A stretch of 64,000 bases of DNA from an uncultured Chloroflexia bacterium (lineage in GTDB: Bacteria; Chloroflexota; Limnocylindria; Limnocylindrales; CSP1-4): NCBI GenBank assembly GCA_963813335.1, contig CAWEYL010000001.1:800001-864000 (forward strand). The letters run 5' to 3'. Position 1 is the first letter of the stretch. Every line of letters begins with the position of its first letter. The notes beneath the pieces are model-generated. The model worked only from the letters and a program-made list of their open reading frames with translations, had not been told where the DNA came from and searched no databases. The translations under genes were made by a program, and so were the position numbers. Positions 10,177 to 22,098 of the stretch are shown piece by piece.

Positions 10177-12270
10177 ATGACGATGAAGAGCGTCGATCTG
10201 CCCCACCTTCGCAGCGTCGTCCTGGCGGGCCACGTCGGCTCCGGCAAGACGACGCTCGCCGAACAGCTGCTGTTCAACGCCGGGGCGATCCCCAGGCTCG
10301 GCCGGGTCGATGACGGCACGGCCCACCTCGACTTCGAGCCCGAGGAGCAGAAGCGGCGCGAGTCGCTGAGCCTCGCGGTCGGCACCTTCGAGGCCGACGG
10401 GACGCGCATCTCGCTGGTCGACACGCCCGGCTACCCGGACTTCGTCGCCGACGTCATCGAAGGGTTCGCGGCGGCGGACGGCGCCATCTTCGTGATCGAT
10501 GCCTCGGGCGGGGTCGAGGCGGGCCTCGAGCAGGCCGTCGCGCTGGGCCGCTCGACGGGCCGGGCCGCCTGCTTCTTCATCAACAAGAGCGACCGCGAGA
10601 ACGCCGACCCGACCGCCGCGCTCGACGCCCTGCGCTCGTCGTTCGGCGACAAGATCGCGCCGCTGCAGCTGGCGATCGGCGCCGCGGAGTCGTTCAGCGG
10701 CTACGTCGACCTCGTCCACCGCAAGGCGTACCAGTGGGACGGCTCGAAGGAGGTCGAGATCCCCATCCCGGACGCGATGACCGCCGAGGTCGCCCGCCGC
10801 CGGGACCAGCTCCTGGAGGCGGCCGCCGAGGCCGACGACGACGTGCTGACCAAGTACCTCGAGGGCGAGGAGATCGCCGACCACGAGCTCGAGGTCTGCC
10901 TGCGCAAGGGCGTCAAGGACAGCATCCTCGCGCCGGTCCTGGTGGGCAGCGCGGTCAAGGGCATCGGGCTGCGCGGGCTGCTCGACGCGATCGTCCGCTA
11001 CCTCCCCTCCCCGGCCGACGAGGCGCCGGTCAAGGCCGCCGACAAGGCGGGCTCGACCGTGGAGGTCGCCGCCGACGAGGCCGGCCCGCTGCTCGTCCGC
11101 GTGTTCAAGACCACCGCGGACCCGTTCGTCGGGCGGCTGACCTACCTGCGCGTGCTCTCCGGCACGCTCCACTCGCAGGCCCACGTCTGGAACGCGACGC
11201 ACGGCGAGGACGAGCGCATCGGCCAGCTGCTGCTGCTCCACGGCAAGGAGCAGGAGCCCATCGGCGAGCTGAAGGCGGGCGAGATCGGGGCAGTGGCGAA
11301 GCTCACGGTGACCGAGACCGGCGATGTGCTCGGGGCGAAGGAGCGGCCCCTGACGCTGTCGCCGCTCGAGTTCCCCTCGCCGTCGCTGGTCGTGGCCATC
11401 GAGCCGCAGTCCAAGGGCGACCTCGACAAGATGGGCCCGGCGCTGCAGCGCATGCTCGAGGAGGAGCCGACCGTGCGCCTCGAGCGGACCGCGCTCGGCG
11501 AGCAGGTCCTGCGGACCATGGGCGAGGCCCACATCTCGGTCATCACCGAGCGCCTGAAGCGCAAGTTCGGGGCGGCCATCATCACCCACACGCCGAAGGT
11601 CCCGTACAAGGAGACGATCCGCGGCAAGACCCAGGTCCACGGCCGCTACAAGAAGCAGACCGGCGGCCACGGCATGTTCGGGGACGTCTGGCTGGAGCTC
11701 GAGCCCAACCCGGACGGCGGCGTCGAGTTCGCCGAGCGCGTGGTCGGCGGCTCCGTGCCCAAGGGCTTCTTCGCGGGCGTCGAGAAGGGCATCCGCGAGG
11801 CCGCGGCCGAGGGCGTCGTGGCCGGCTATCCGCTGTCGGACTTCCGGGCGACGCTCTACGACGGCTCGTTCCACCCGGTCGACTCGAACGAGCTGTCGTT
11901 CAAGATCGCCGCGTCGATGGCGCTCAAGGACGGCGTCCACCAGGCGAAGCCGGCCCTGCTCGAGCCGATCATGACCGTCCAGATCCGCGTGCCCGAGGCG
12001 TACATGGGCGAGGTCAACCGCGACCTCAACGGCCGGCGCGGCCGGGTCCTCGGCATGGACACCGAGGGCGGGATGCAGATCGTCACCGCGCACGTGCCCG
12101 AGGCCGAGCTCTTCAACTACGCGACCGAGCTGCGCTCGCTGACCCATGGCCGCGGCACGTTCAGCGCCACGCTCGACCACTACGACGACGTGCCCTCGCA
12201 CATCGCCGACAAGGTGATCGAGTCGCATCGCAAGGAGCTCGAGGCGAGCGGCGGCCACGGCGGGCACTGA
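10177..12270 (+). CDS. Elongation factor G-like paralog (EF-G2)
   Basis: GHVGSGKTT, DTPGYPDF, KKQTGGHG, DGSFHPVDS; lies outside the str operon. Confidence 0.93.
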   Translation: MTMKSVDLPHLRSVVLAGHVGSGKTTLAEQLLFNAGAIPRLGRVDDGTAHLDFEPEEQKRRESLSLAVGTFEADGTRISLVDTPGYPDFVADVIEGFAAADGAIFVIDASGGVEAGLEQAVALGRSTGRAACFFINKSDRENADPTAALDALRSSFGDKIAPLQLAIGAAESFSGYVDLVHRKAYQWDGSKEVEIPIPDAMTAEVARRRDQLLEAAAEADDDVLTKYLEGEEIADHELEVCLRKGVKDSILAPVLVGSAVKGIGLRGLLDAIVRYLPSPADEAPVKAADKAGSTVEVAADEAGPLLVRVFKTTADPFVGRLTYLRVLSGTLHSQAHVWNATHGEDERIGQLLLLHGKEQEPIGELKAGEIGAVAKLTVTETGDVLGAKERPLTLSPLEFPSPSLVVAIEPQSKGDLDKMGPALQRMLEEEPTVRLERTALGEQVLRTMGEAHISVITERLKRKFGAAIITHTPKVPYKETIRGKTQVHGRYKKQTGGHGMFGDVWLELEPNPDGGVEFAERVVGGSVPKGFFAGVEKGIREAAAEGVVAGYPLSDFRATLYDGSFHPVDSNELSFKIAASMALKDGVHQAKPALLEPIMTVQIRVPEAYMGEVNRDLNGRRGRVLGMDTEGGMQIVTAHVPEAELFNYATELRSLTHGRGTFSATLDHYDDVPSHIADKVIESHRKELEASGGHGGH

Positions 12271-12388
12271 CGACCCGGCCAGCGACGAGGGGGCGGACAT
12301 CACCGACGGCGCAGCGCAGGAGCTCGCCGCCCCGGACCCCGCGCTGATCGAGACGGCCGCGCCTCCCGGCGCCGCGCCGCCCGACGTC

Positions 12389-14853
12389 GTGCCCCGCGAG
12401 CTGGTGCCCGCGCCGGCACCGGGTGCGCGGCGGCTGCGGGTCGTCCTGTCGCTGGTCGCCCTGCTCGCGATCGCGGTCGTCCTGCTCGCGGTGCGGACCC
12501 GCGTCGCCCTGGCGCGCGACCTGGATCCCGACCTCGTCACGGTCCCCCAGGTCACCGAGCTGGAGCAGGTCGCCGGGCTGGTCCGCATCGGGCTGCTGGT
12601 CTCGATCGTGGCGGGGTTCTGGCTGTGGCGCCGCTGGAGCCGCGCCGTCCGGGCGAACCTCACCGCGCTCGCGGCTTCGGGGTCGTGGACGCCGACGGCG
12701 GCGACCCGCTGTACGCGCCGGCGGGCAGCGACGAGACGAGCGCGACGTGGTTCCATGCCCGGGTCGGCTCCGGCCGGCGCCTGGCGCGCGCGGTGGCCGT
12801 GCTGTCGGCGATCGCCCTCGTCGTCCTGGTCCCCGGGCTGCTCGCCTGGGCCCTCGCGGGCTCGCTCGCCGTCGTGCGGGTCGCCACGGTCGTGGCGACC
12901 CTCGGAGGCGTGCTGACCGTCGCGGCGGCGGGACTGGCACTCGGCCTCGTGGACGACGTCGAGCAGCGCGAGGCCGTTGCGATCGGCGCGGTCGCGCGGG
13001 TCGCCGTCGCCGGCTCCCCGCCGTCGATCCCGTGGGGCCGCCCGGTCATCGCGGTCCTCGCCACGGTGGCATTGGCCGTCTCGATCGGGTCCACGCCGGC
13101 CGCCGACGATGAGCGGAGCTGCCCGCTGGCCGACGCGACCTGTCACGTGCTGACCGTGCAGCGCGACCAGGTCGCCGCGGATCCGCGCGGGGCGACGCTG
13201 GACATCACCTATGCGGTCTCGCCGGCGACCGGCGACCGGCTCGGCACCCTGCTCTTCATCACCGGCGGACCGGGCGAGAGCGGGCTGCTCGACGCCAACT
13301 GGTTCGTCGACGGCCTGCCGGACGCGGTGCGCCAGCGGTTCGACGTCCTCGCGTTCGACCCGCGTGGCACCGGCCGCTCCGAGCCGCGTGAGTGCCCGGC
13401 CAACCTGGCCCGCCTCGACGCCGGGGGCGATGCCAGCACGACCGACGTCTCGGCCGACTTCGCCCACGGCTGCGCCGTCGAGGCGGGCGTCGATCCGGCC
13501 TGGCTCTCGACCTACGGCTCGGAGCACATCGCCGGCGACATCGAGGCGATCCGGGCGACGCTCGGCATCGACAAGCTGGCGGTCTACGGCGTCAGCTACG
13601 GGACGGTCATCGGGCAGCGCTACGCGAGCGCGTACCCCGACCGCGTCAGCGCCCTGATCCTCGATGGCCCGGTCGACCCCGCGCACGGCTCGCAGGCCGA
13701 CTGGGTGGAGGCGGACATCGCGTTCGAGCACACGCTGACCCAGGTCCTCGACGCGTGCCGCGCCGACGCGCGGTGCTCGACGGACCTGCCCGACCCGCAG
13801 GCGGGGCTCGACACGATGCTCGCGCATGCCGACCAGGGCGGCATCAAGACCGCCTTCGCGGACGCCACGGGGCACGTCCAGGAGGTCACCCTGGACCGCA
13901 ACTCGATCGTCAACGCGATCAGCGACGCGCTGTACGACCCGACCGGACGGGCCCTGTTCCTGCACGCGCTGGCGTCCGACGCGGTGGGCGACGAGATCCC
14001 GCTCGGCCGCCTCGCCGCGCCGGCGGGCTATGCCGGCGCCGAGACGTCGTCATCGCAGTTCGCCTACTACGCAACGTTGTGTGCCGACTTCGCGGGGGAC
14101 ACGGCGGCGGACGCCGCGGGGTATGTCGCGGCCGGGCGGGCGGCGGGCGCGCTGGCTGGCACGCTCCGGTCCGTGTACTACTCCGGCTTGCCCTGCGTGG
14201 AGTGGGGCGGGCGGACCCGCGGGCGGCCGACGCCCACCCCGCTCACGACGACCCCGTTCCCGGTGCTGGTGCTGAGCGGGGGCGCCGACCCGATCACGCC
14301 CCCGGGCCAGGCCGCCAGGATCGCCGCGCGGCTTTCGGACGGCTACCTGTTCACGACGCGCGGCGGCGGCCACGGCTCGTTCGGCAACGGCGCGCCGTGT
14401 CCGGACGACGCGGTCGCGGCGCTGCTGGTCCGGGACGAGCGGCCGAGGACCCGGTCGATCACCTGCGACGGGGACCTGACGAACCCGTACGTAGCACCGT
14501 TGCCGGCCTTCGCCGGCCTGGCCCCGATCGAGATCGCGCGGGCGATCGACGACGAGCTCTGGACGGACCCCGACCTCGTCTATCCGCCGCCGAACTCGAG
14601 CGAGAACAACATCGGCTGCCGGGCCGGTGGTCACATCGAGGTCAAGGACGAGGACGACGGCCTGCGGCTAACCTTCCGCGACTGCCAGATCTTCGCGGAG
14701 GAGCCGATCAACGGGACGGCCCGCTACGCGGATGCGGGCAGCGCCACCTTCGAGCTGCGCCTGCCGGACGGCCCCCTGTCGTACTCGTTCGACGACCGCG
14801 GCCGCGAGACGATCAACGGCCGCGACGCCGGCGGGCTGCCACCGAAGGACTGA
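12389..14853 (+). CDS. Membrane-anchored TAP-like alpha/beta hydrolase (frameshift near 12680; start uncertain)
   Basis: GGPG, FDPRG, GVSYG nucleophile, DPIT, GGHG; hydrophobic multi-TM N-terminal region. Confidence 0.8.
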
Positions 14854-14908
14854 CGCGGCGGGAGAGGGCGGCAGCTCGGGGGTCGACCGGCCCGCCCTGG
14901 GTGGCGGG

Positions 14909-15658
14909 TCAGCCCGGCCGAGCCTCGGCGAGCGCCTCCGACGCCCCGAGGGTCCCGTCGTACAAGGCGCGGCCGACGATCGCGCCCCGGCAGCCGACCT
15001 CACGGACCGCCCGCAGGTCCGCGGCGCTCGCGATGCCGGCCGACGCGATCACGTCGCCGACCCCGAGGCCGACCATCTCCCGGTAGAGCGCGAGGTCCGG
15101 CCCGCGCAGCAGCCCGTCCTGCTCGATCGCGGTGACCTCGAAGGCGGTCACCCCGGCAGCGGCGAGCGTCCGCACGGCGTCGGCGGCATCGATCCCCGCG
15201 TCGGCGGCAGCCCACCCGTGGCCGACCGCACGGCCGTCGCGGACGTCGATGGCGACGGCGATGCGGGCTGCTCCCAGGGTCGACACGAGGCGGCCGGCGA
15301 AGTCGGGGTCGCGGAGGGCGGCGGTCCCGATGACGGCGCGCGCCGCGCCCATCGCGAGGACGGCCTCGACCGATGCGGCATCGCGCAGGCCGCCGGCGAC
15401 CTCGACGGCGGTCCGCTCCCCCACGGCCGCGACGATCGCGGCGATCACCTCCGCGTGGGCCGGCGTCCCGGAGCGAGCCCCGTCGAGGTCCACGACGTGG
15501 AGCCAGGTGGTGCCCGCATCGGCGAACCGCCGCGCGACCGCGACCGGGTCGTCGTCGTAAGCGGTCTCCTGAGCGAAGTCGCCCTGCCGCAACCGGACGA
15601 CGCGACCGCCGCGCAGGTCGATCGCCGGCAGGACGTCGAAGCCGCTTGTCATCGTCAC
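14909..15658 (-). CDS. hisA: ProFAR isomerase HisA
   Basis: LPAIDLRGGRVVRLRQGD, HVVDLDGA, GGLR, GRALY. Confidence 0.95.
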   Translation of the reverse strand: MTMTSGFDVLPAIDLRGGRVVRLRQGDFAQETAYDDDPVAVARRFADAGTTWLHVVDLDGARSGTPAHAEVIAAIVAAVGERTAVEVAGGLRDAASVEAVLAMGAARAVIGTAALRDPDFAGRLVSTLGAARIAVAIDVRDGRAVGHGWAAADAGIDAADAVRTLAAAGVTAFEVTAIEQDGLLRGPDLALYREMVGLGVGDVIASAGIASAADLRAVREVGCRGAIVGRALYDGTLGASEALAEARPG

Positions 15659-15668
15659 GGCACCATGA

Positions 15669-15700
15669 TAGCGTATTAGCACGCTACTACGTTAGCACGG
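15669..15700. promoter_or_regulatory. Putative TrpR-type tandem operator in the his divergon
   Basis: TAGCGTAT TAGCACGC TACTACGT TAGCACGG (8-bp period); palindrome CGTATTAGCACGCTACTACG 16/20. Confidence 0.65.
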
Positions 15701-15720
15701 CAACATGAGGCAACCGAACG

Positions 15721-16053
15721 ATGGCGGACGACTGGCGGACCCAGGACGTCGAAGCGATGTTCACGGCGATCCTGACCCTCGAATCGCGCGACGAGGCGGA
15801 ACGATTCTTCCGCGACCTCTGCACGCTCAACGAGCTCCGCGACATGGCCCAGCGGTGGGCCGTCGTCCGCCTGCTCGACAGCGGGATGCACTACGCGGAG
15901 ATCTCCCGTCAGACCGGGGCCAGCACGGCCACGATCACCCGTATCGCATCGTGGCTCAACCACGGCGAGGGCGGCTATCGCGCGATGCTCGACGCGCTGG
16001 CAGCCCGATCCAGGGCCGGCACCATCCCCTACCCCGCGGGCGGCGAGCGGTGA
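15721..16053 (+). CDS. YerC/YecD TrpR-like regulator (HisR-like)
   Basis: FFRDLCT..E...AQR, TGASTATITR, GEGGY. Confidence 0.92.
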   Translation: MADDWRTQDVEAMFTAILTLESRDEAERFFRDLCTLNELRDMAQRWAVVRLLDSGMHYAEISRQTGASTATITRIASWLNHGEGGYRAMLDALAARSRAGTIPYPAGGER

Positions 16054-16910
16054 GGGAGCGCCTCCGCCTGGCCATCCCGAACAAGGGGCGGATGGTGGAG
16101 CCGACCCTCAAGCTGCTGCACGACGCAGGCCTGGTCTTCGACGAGCACGATCGGAGCCTGGTCGCGCGGGTCCAGAACTACCCGCTCGACGTCCTGTTCG
16201 TCCGGACGAACGACATCATCGAGTTCGTCGGCGACGGCGTAGCCGACCTCGGGATCACGGGCATCGACCTCCTGAGCGAGACCGGCGCCGAGCTGCCGCG
16301 GGTCCGGGAGCTCGGCTACGGCCGCTGCCGGCTGGCCGCCGCGGTCCCCAACGACGCGCCGCAGCAGACCGTCGAGGACCTGGCCGGCCTGCGCGTCGCC
16401 ACCGCCCACCCGAACACGGCGCGCCGCTTCTTCGAGGAGCGCCGGATCCCCGTCGACGTCATCCCCATCTCGGGTGCCGTCGAGGTGGCCCCCCGGCTCG
16501 GCCTCGCCGAGGGCATCGTCGACCTGGTCTCGACGGGATCGACGCTCGTGATGAACGGGCTGCGCCAGATCGGCGACGTCCTCGCATCGGAAGCGGTCCT
16601 GGTCGCCAACCCGAACGCCGACCGCGAGCGCGCGACCGAGCTCGCCGCCATCGACACCATGCTGACCGCGGTCATCGCGGCCCGCGAGCGCAAGTACCTG
16701 ATGATGAACGCCCCGTCGGCCAAGCTGCCCGAGCTCGAAGGGCTGCTGCCGGCGCTCGAATCGCCGACGATCATCCCCCTCGCCCACACCGGGATGATCG
16801 CGATCCACTCGGTCGTCGGCGCGGACGAGGTGTGGGGACTGCTGCCACGTCTCAAGGCGGCCGGCGCGTCCGGGATCCTCGTGCTCCCGATCGAGAAGAT
16901 CGTCCCATGA
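16050..16910 (+). CDS. hisG: ATP phosphoribosyltransferase, long form
   Basis: LAIPNKGR, SGAVEVAP, DLVSTGSTL, C-terminal regulatory domain. Confidence 0.96.
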   Translation: MRERLRLAIPNKGRMVEPTLKLLHDAGLVFDEHDRSLVARVQNYPLDVLFVRTNDIIEFVGDGVADLGITGIDLLSETGAELPRVRELGYGRCRLAAAVPNDAPQQTVEDLAGLRVATAHPNTARRFFEERRIPVDVIPISGAVEVAPRLGLAEGIVDLVSTGSTLVMNGLRQIGDVLASEAVLVANPNADRERATELAAIDTMLTAVIAARERKYLMMNAPSAKLPELEGLLPALESPTIIPLAHTGMIAIHSVVGADEVWGLLPRLKAAGASGILVLPIEKIVP

Positions 16911-18246
16911 GCACCGTCGCCCTCCGCCTCGAGCGCCTCGATCTCGCGGACGTCCTGCGCGGCGACCCGGACGCGATCGCGGCTCGGACCGCCTTGACCC
17001 GTCGCGGCGCGGCACCTGACGCCACCATCCGCGACGCCGCCCGGGCGACCCTGGCCGATGTCCGCCAGCGGGGCGACGACGCGGTCCGCGAGGCGAACGA
17101 GCGCGTCGGTGGCGGCCGGCCCGACGGCCTGCTCGTCCTCGACCGCGATGATCTCCGCGCTGCCCGCGACGCCCTGACGCCCCGGATCCGCCGCGCGCTC
17201 GACCAGGCGATCGCGAATGTCCGCCGCTTCGCCGAGACCCAGCGCCCGGCGTCGACACGCACGACCATCCTGCCCGGCATCGAGATCGAGCGGCGCTGGA
17301 CCCCGCTCGCCTCGGTCGGCGCCTACGTCCCCGGCGGGTCCGCCCCGTACCCGTCGTCGCTGGTGATGACCGTCGTCCCGGCGCGCGTCGCCGGCGTCGA
17401 GCGGATCGTCGTCGCCTCCCCGGCCGATCGGGACGGCGCCACCCATCCGGTCCTGCTCGGTGCGGCCGGCCTGCTCGAGGTCGACGCCCTCGTGGTCGCC
17501 GGCGGCGCCCAGGCCATCGGCGCGCTTGCCTACGGCCTGCCCGACAGCCGCGTCTCGCCGGTCGACCGGATCGTCGGCCCGGCAACGCCTGGGTCACGGC
17601 CGCCAAGATCGAGGTCTGCGGCGACGTCGGGATCGACCTGCCCGCAGGCCCGTCCGAGGGGACGGTCCTCGCCGCGCCGCCCGCCGACCCGCGCCGCGTG
17701 GCCGCGGACCTGATCACGCAGGCCGAGCACGGCCCCGACTCCCCGGCGATCCTGGTCACCACCGACGCGGCCTTCGCCGACGCGGTCGAAGCGGCCGTCG
17801 GAACCCTTCTCGCGGCGGCCTCCCGCCGCGACATCCTCGAGCGGGCGCTGCGCGACCACGGTCGGATCGTGCTCGCGCCGACCATCGATGCCGCCATCGA
17901 CTTCATCAACGACTACGCCCCGGAGCACCTCTCGGTCGATGTCGAGCCACTCGAGCCGACCGTCGCCCGGCTGCGCAACGCGGGCTCGCTGTTCGTGGGG
18001 CCGTGGGCTCCCGAATCGGCGGGCGACTACGCCACCGGCGCCAACCACGTCCTGCCGACCGGCGGGCTCGCGCGGGGCGCCGGGGGGCTGGCCGTCGAGG
18101 CGTACGGGAAGTTCGTGCAGGTCCAGCGCGTCGATCGCGAGGGCCTCGCCGCGATCCGCGAGACCGTCACGGCGCTCGCCGAGGCAGAGGGCCTGCTGGC
18201 GCACCGCGACGCCGTCGAGATCCGCTTCGAGGGGACCGACCGATGA
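16907..18246 (+). CDS. hisD: Histidinol dehydrogenase (frameshift near 17580)
   Basis: YVPGG..YPSS, GGAQA, QAEH, APEHL, GDYATGANHVLPT. Confidence 0.95.
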
Positions 18247-19389
18247 CGCCGACCCCCGTGACCTTCACCTCCCCGACGGCGCCCAGCACCTACTCGTGGG
18301 AGGCGACCGACGACGAGGTCGCCGAGCGCTACGGCGTCGAGCGCGACTCGATCGTGCGCTTCGACCTCAACACCTCCCCCGCCCCGCCCGAGCTCGCGGC
18401 GCGGATCCTCGCGGCCGGGCGCTTCGACACCAGCATCTCGGAGTACCCGCCGTCCGACTATCGCCGCCTCGTGGCCGCTGCGGCCGCGCGCTACGGCGTG
18501 ACGCCGGCGGAGCTCCTGGTCGGCGCCGGAGCCGACGAGATCCTCGACCTCATCGCCAAGGCCTTCCTCCGGCCCGGCGATCGCGCGGTCGTCCCGGTCC
18601 CCACGTACACGATGTACCGCGTGCTCACCGAGCAGCGCGGCGCCGAGGTGGTCGCCGTGCCGCGGCGCGGTCGGGCCGACGGCTGGGCGCTCGATCCGGA
18701 TGCCGTCCGCGCGGCCGCGGCGACCGCCGCCGTCGTCTGGCTGTGCAGCCCGAACAACCCGACCGCGCTCCCCGAGCCCGACGGCGCCATCGAGCGCCTG
18801 CTGGCCGGGCTCAGCGCCGACGCGATGCGCGACGGCCGCCAGCCCCCGATCGTCGTCCTCGACGAGGCGTATGCGGAGTTCGTCGGGCGCTCGCTCCTCG
18901 CTCTCCGCGCGGCATACCCGAACCTGATCGTGGTTCGCACCGCCAGCAAGGCCTACGCGCTCGCCGGCCTCCGCGTCGGCTTCGCCATCGCCCAGCCCGG
19001 AGATCATCGGCCGGCTCAATCCATACCGGCCGCCGGGCTCGGTCTCCACGGTGTCGGTCACGGTCGTCGCCGCCGCGCTGGCGGACGACACCGTCCTCGA
19101 CGCGAACCTCGAGCGGGTCCGCGTCGAGCGCGACCGCCTCACGACCGCCCTGCTGGCGGCCGGCTGGGCCGTCGGCCCATCGGTGACCAACTTCATCCTC
19201 GTCGACCTCGGCTCGCCGGAGCGGGCCGCGGCGACCACGGAGGGCCTGCTGCGCCGCGGCCTCGTCCCGCGGACCTTCCCCGCCGGCCACCCGCTCGCCG
19301 GCCACCTCCGGCTCACGGTCCGGGCCGCGCACGAGAACGACCGGATCATCGCGGCCGCCAACGAGATCGCCAGGGAGACCAGCGCATGA
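18243..19389 (+). CDS. hisC: Histidinol-phosphate aminotransferase (frameshift near 18997)
   Basis: [29 protein letters not shown]. Confidence 0.93.
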
Positions 19390-20012
19390 CGACGCCGCTC
19401 GGCGAGCTGACCATCGGGCCCCGCGAGGACCGTCGGGTGACGGTCGCGCGCACGACCAACGAGACGGACATCACCGTCACGCTCGGGCTCGACGGGTCCG
19501 GCCACGCCGCCATCGACACGGGCATCGGCTTCTACGACCACCTGCTGGGCTCCTTCGCCCATCACGGCCTGTTCGACCTGGCGGTCCATGCCGACGGCGA
19601 CCTGCAGGTCGACGAGCACCACACGGTCGAGGACGTCGCGCTCGTGCTCGGCGCCGCGGTGGCCGAGGCGCTCGGCGATCGAGCCGGCATCCGCCGCTTC
19701 GGCGACAGCGCCGTCCCGATGGACGAATCGCTCGCGACCGCGGTCATCGACATCGGCGGGCGCCCGTACGCGGTCATCGACCTGCCGTTCCACGGCGAGC
19801 GCGCCGGCGGGCTGCCGCTCCAGCTCGTCGAGCACGCGCTGGAGTCGTTCGCGCGGACCGCCGGGGCGACGCTCCACGTCCGCGGCAGCGGGCGCAACGA
19901 CCACCACCTCGCCGAGGCCGCGTTCAAGGCGCTCGGCCGCGCGCTGCGCGAGGCGGTCGAGCCCGACCCGCGCCGCAGCGGCGTGGCGTCGACCAAGGGC
20001 TCGCTCGGGTGA
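19386..20012 (+). CDS. hisB: Imidazoleglycerol-phosphate dehydratase
   Basis: [21 protein letters not shown]. Confidence 0.97.
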   Translation: MTTPLGELTIGPREDRRVTVARTTNETDITVTLGLDGSGHAAIDTGIGFYDHLLGSFAHHGLFDLAVHADGDLQVDEHHTVEDVALVLGAAVAEALGDRAGIRRFGDSAVPMDESLATAVIDIGGRPYAVIDLPFHGERAGGLPLQLVEHALESFARTAGATLHVRGSGRNDHHLAEAAFKALGRALREAVEPDPRRSGVASTKGSLG

Positions 20013-20639
20013 GCGGCGTGCCGCGGGTCGCGGTCGTCGACTACGGCGCGGGCAATCTCGTGAGCATCGACCAGGCGTTCACGACCGTCGGGGCCGCGGT
20101 CACGATCGTCCGCGACGGCGAGATGCTGCGCGATGTCGACGCGCTGGTGGTGCCCGGCGTGGGTGCCGCGGCGCCGGCGATGGCGCGCCTCGACAAGCAC
20201 GGCCTGACCCGGCCGATCGCGGCCTGGCTCGCCTCCGGACCGGCCGTTCCTCGGCATCTGCCTCGGCCTGCAGCTGCTGTTCGAGGCCAGCGACGAGGAC
20301 GGCGCCATCACCCTTGGCGCGCTGGCCGGCCGGACGGTCCGCCTCGAGGACGCCCCGACCCTCCCGCACATCGGCTGGAACCAGGTCGAGCGGACGCGCC
20401 AGCACCCGCTGTTCGACGGCATCGCCGACGGCGCCGACTTCTATTTCGTCCACTCGTATGCCGGCGAGCCGGTGGACGCCGACGCGCCGGCGGTCCTCGC
20501 CCGGACCACGCACGGGCGCCAGTTCGTGTCGGCGGTCGCGCGCGGCCCCGTGCAGGGCGTCCAGTTCCACCCCGAGCGGAGCGGCGCCGACGGCCTGCAG
20601 CTCCTCGCCAACTTCGTCGCGATGGCGCGGGCCGCCTGA
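20009..20639 (+). CDS. hisH: IGP synthase glutaminase HisH (frameshift near 20240)
   Basis: DYGAGN, PGVG, GICLG, PHIGWN, QFHPE. Confidence 0.94.
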
Positions 20640-21421
20640 TGCTCCGCCATCGCGTGATCCCCTGCCTCGATGTCGCCGACGGGCGCGTCGTCAAGGGCAC
20701 CCGCTTCGTGGACCTCGTCGACGAGGGCGACCCGCCCGAGCTGGCCGAGCGCTATGCCGCGGAAGGCGCCGATGAGCTGGTATTCCTCGACATCACCGCG
20801 GCACCCGAGCGGCGCGGCACGCTGCTCGAGATCGTCGAGCGGACCGCGCGCCGGGCCTTCATCCCGCTCACGGTCGGCGGCGGGGTCCGGAGCGTGCACG
20901 AGATGCGCGACGTCCTGCGCGCCGGCGCCGACAAGGTCTCGCTCAACACCGCAGCCGTCGCCGAGCCGACGCTCGTCAGCCGCTGCGCGGCCCGCTTCGG
21001 CCGGCAGGCCGTGGTGGTCGCCATCGATGCGCGACGACGCCAGGGCGAGGCGCCCGCCTGGGAGGTCGTCGTGAAGGGCGGCCGCGAGACGACCGATCTC
21101 GATGCGATCGCGTGGGCCGAGCGGGTCGTCGACCTGGGCGCCGGCGAGCTGCTGGTGACCTCCATCGACCGCGACGGCACCGGCGCCGGCTTCGACACCG
21201 AGCTGCTGCGGGCGATCGCCGACCGCGTCCATGTGCCCGTGATCGCCTCCGGTGGTGCCGCCGGCCCGGCCGATTTCGTGGCCGCGATCGTCGACGGGCA
21301 CGCCGATGCCGTGCTGGCCGCCTCGATCTTTCACCGCCGGATCCACGCCATCGCCGAGGTCAAGGCCGCGATGGCGGCCGCCGGGCTGCCCGTCCGGCTC
21401 GTGCCGCAGGCCGTCGCGTGA
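20639..21421 (+). CDS. hisF: IGP synthase cyclase HisF
   Basis: [32 protein letters not shown]. Confidence 0.97.
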   Translation: MLRHRVIPCLDVADGRVVKGTRFVDLVDEGDPPELAERYAAEGADELVFLDITAAPERRGTLLEIVERTARRAFIPLTVGGGVRSVHEMRDVLRAGADKVSLNTAAVAEPTLVSRCAARFGRQAVVVAIDARRRQGEAPAWEVVVKGGRETTDLDAIAWAERVVDLGAGELLVTSIDRDGTGAGFDTELLRAIADRVHVPVIASGGAAGPADFVAAIVDGHADAVLAASIFHRRIHAIAEVKAAMAAAGLPVRLVPQAVA

Positions 21422-22098
21422 GCGTACCGATCGCCCGGGGCGCAGCCGCGCCGCAGGTCGCGTTCGGCCCGGACGGGCTCGTGCCGGCGGTCGTCCAGGA
21501 CCGCGCCGACGGCCGCGTGCTGATGCTCGCCTGGATGGACGCGGAGGCCCTCGCGGCCACGCTGGCGACGGGCGAGGTCCACTTCCACTCGCGCTCGCGC
21601 GACCGCCTGTGGCGCAAGGGCGAGACCAGCGGGAACGTGCTGCGGCTCGTGGAGGTCGCCGTGGATTGCGATGAAGACGCCCTGCTCGTGACGGTCGATC
21701 CGGTCGGCCCGACCTGCCACCGCGGGACGCGGAGCTGCTTCGACCCCGATGGGGCGCCCGCCGAGCGCTCGACGCAGGGGTTCGCCTGGCTCGAGTCGCT
21801 CTGGTCGACCATCGCCTCGCGCGCCGCTGAGCGCCCGGCCGGCTCCTACACGACATCCCTGCTTGACGGCGGCGTCGACGCCGCCGGCCGCAAGGTCACC
21901 GAAGAGGCGACCGAGGTCCTGATGGCCGCCAAGGACGACGCCGCGGCCGAGGCGTCAGGCGCCGACCGCGCGGCGACCCGCGACGCGCTCGCGGGCGAGG
22001 CGGCCGACCTCGTCTACCACGCGCTGGTGCTCCTCGCCGAGCGAGGCGTGCCACCGTCCGCGGTGGTCGAGGTACTGCGGAGCCGCCACTCGACCTGA
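21418..22098 (+). CDS. hisIE: Bifunctional HisIE
   Basis: [38 protein letters not shown]. Confidence 0.96.
   Translation: MSVPIARGAAAPQVAFGPDGLVPAVVQDRADGRVLMLAWMDAEALAATLATGEVHFHSRSRDRLWRKGETSGNVLRLVEVAVDCDEDALLVTVDPVGPTCHRGTRSCFDPDGAPAERSTQGFAWLESLWSTIASRAAERPAGSYTTSLLDGGVDAAGRKVTEEATEVLMAAKDDAAAEASGADRAATRDALAGEAADLVYHALVLLAERGVPPSAVVEVLRSRHST

Noticed and set aside
9661-13965. Very long antisense ORFs (also 25961-28891, 39582-43310 and others)
   Set aside because: Arg/Pro/Gly-rich shadow frames opposite or overlapping real genes, typical of high-GC DNA
17460-21421. Apparent hisC-hisB and hisH-hisF fusion ORFs
   Set aside because: Artefacts of indels and stop-poor high-GC frames; each gene has its own overlapping start
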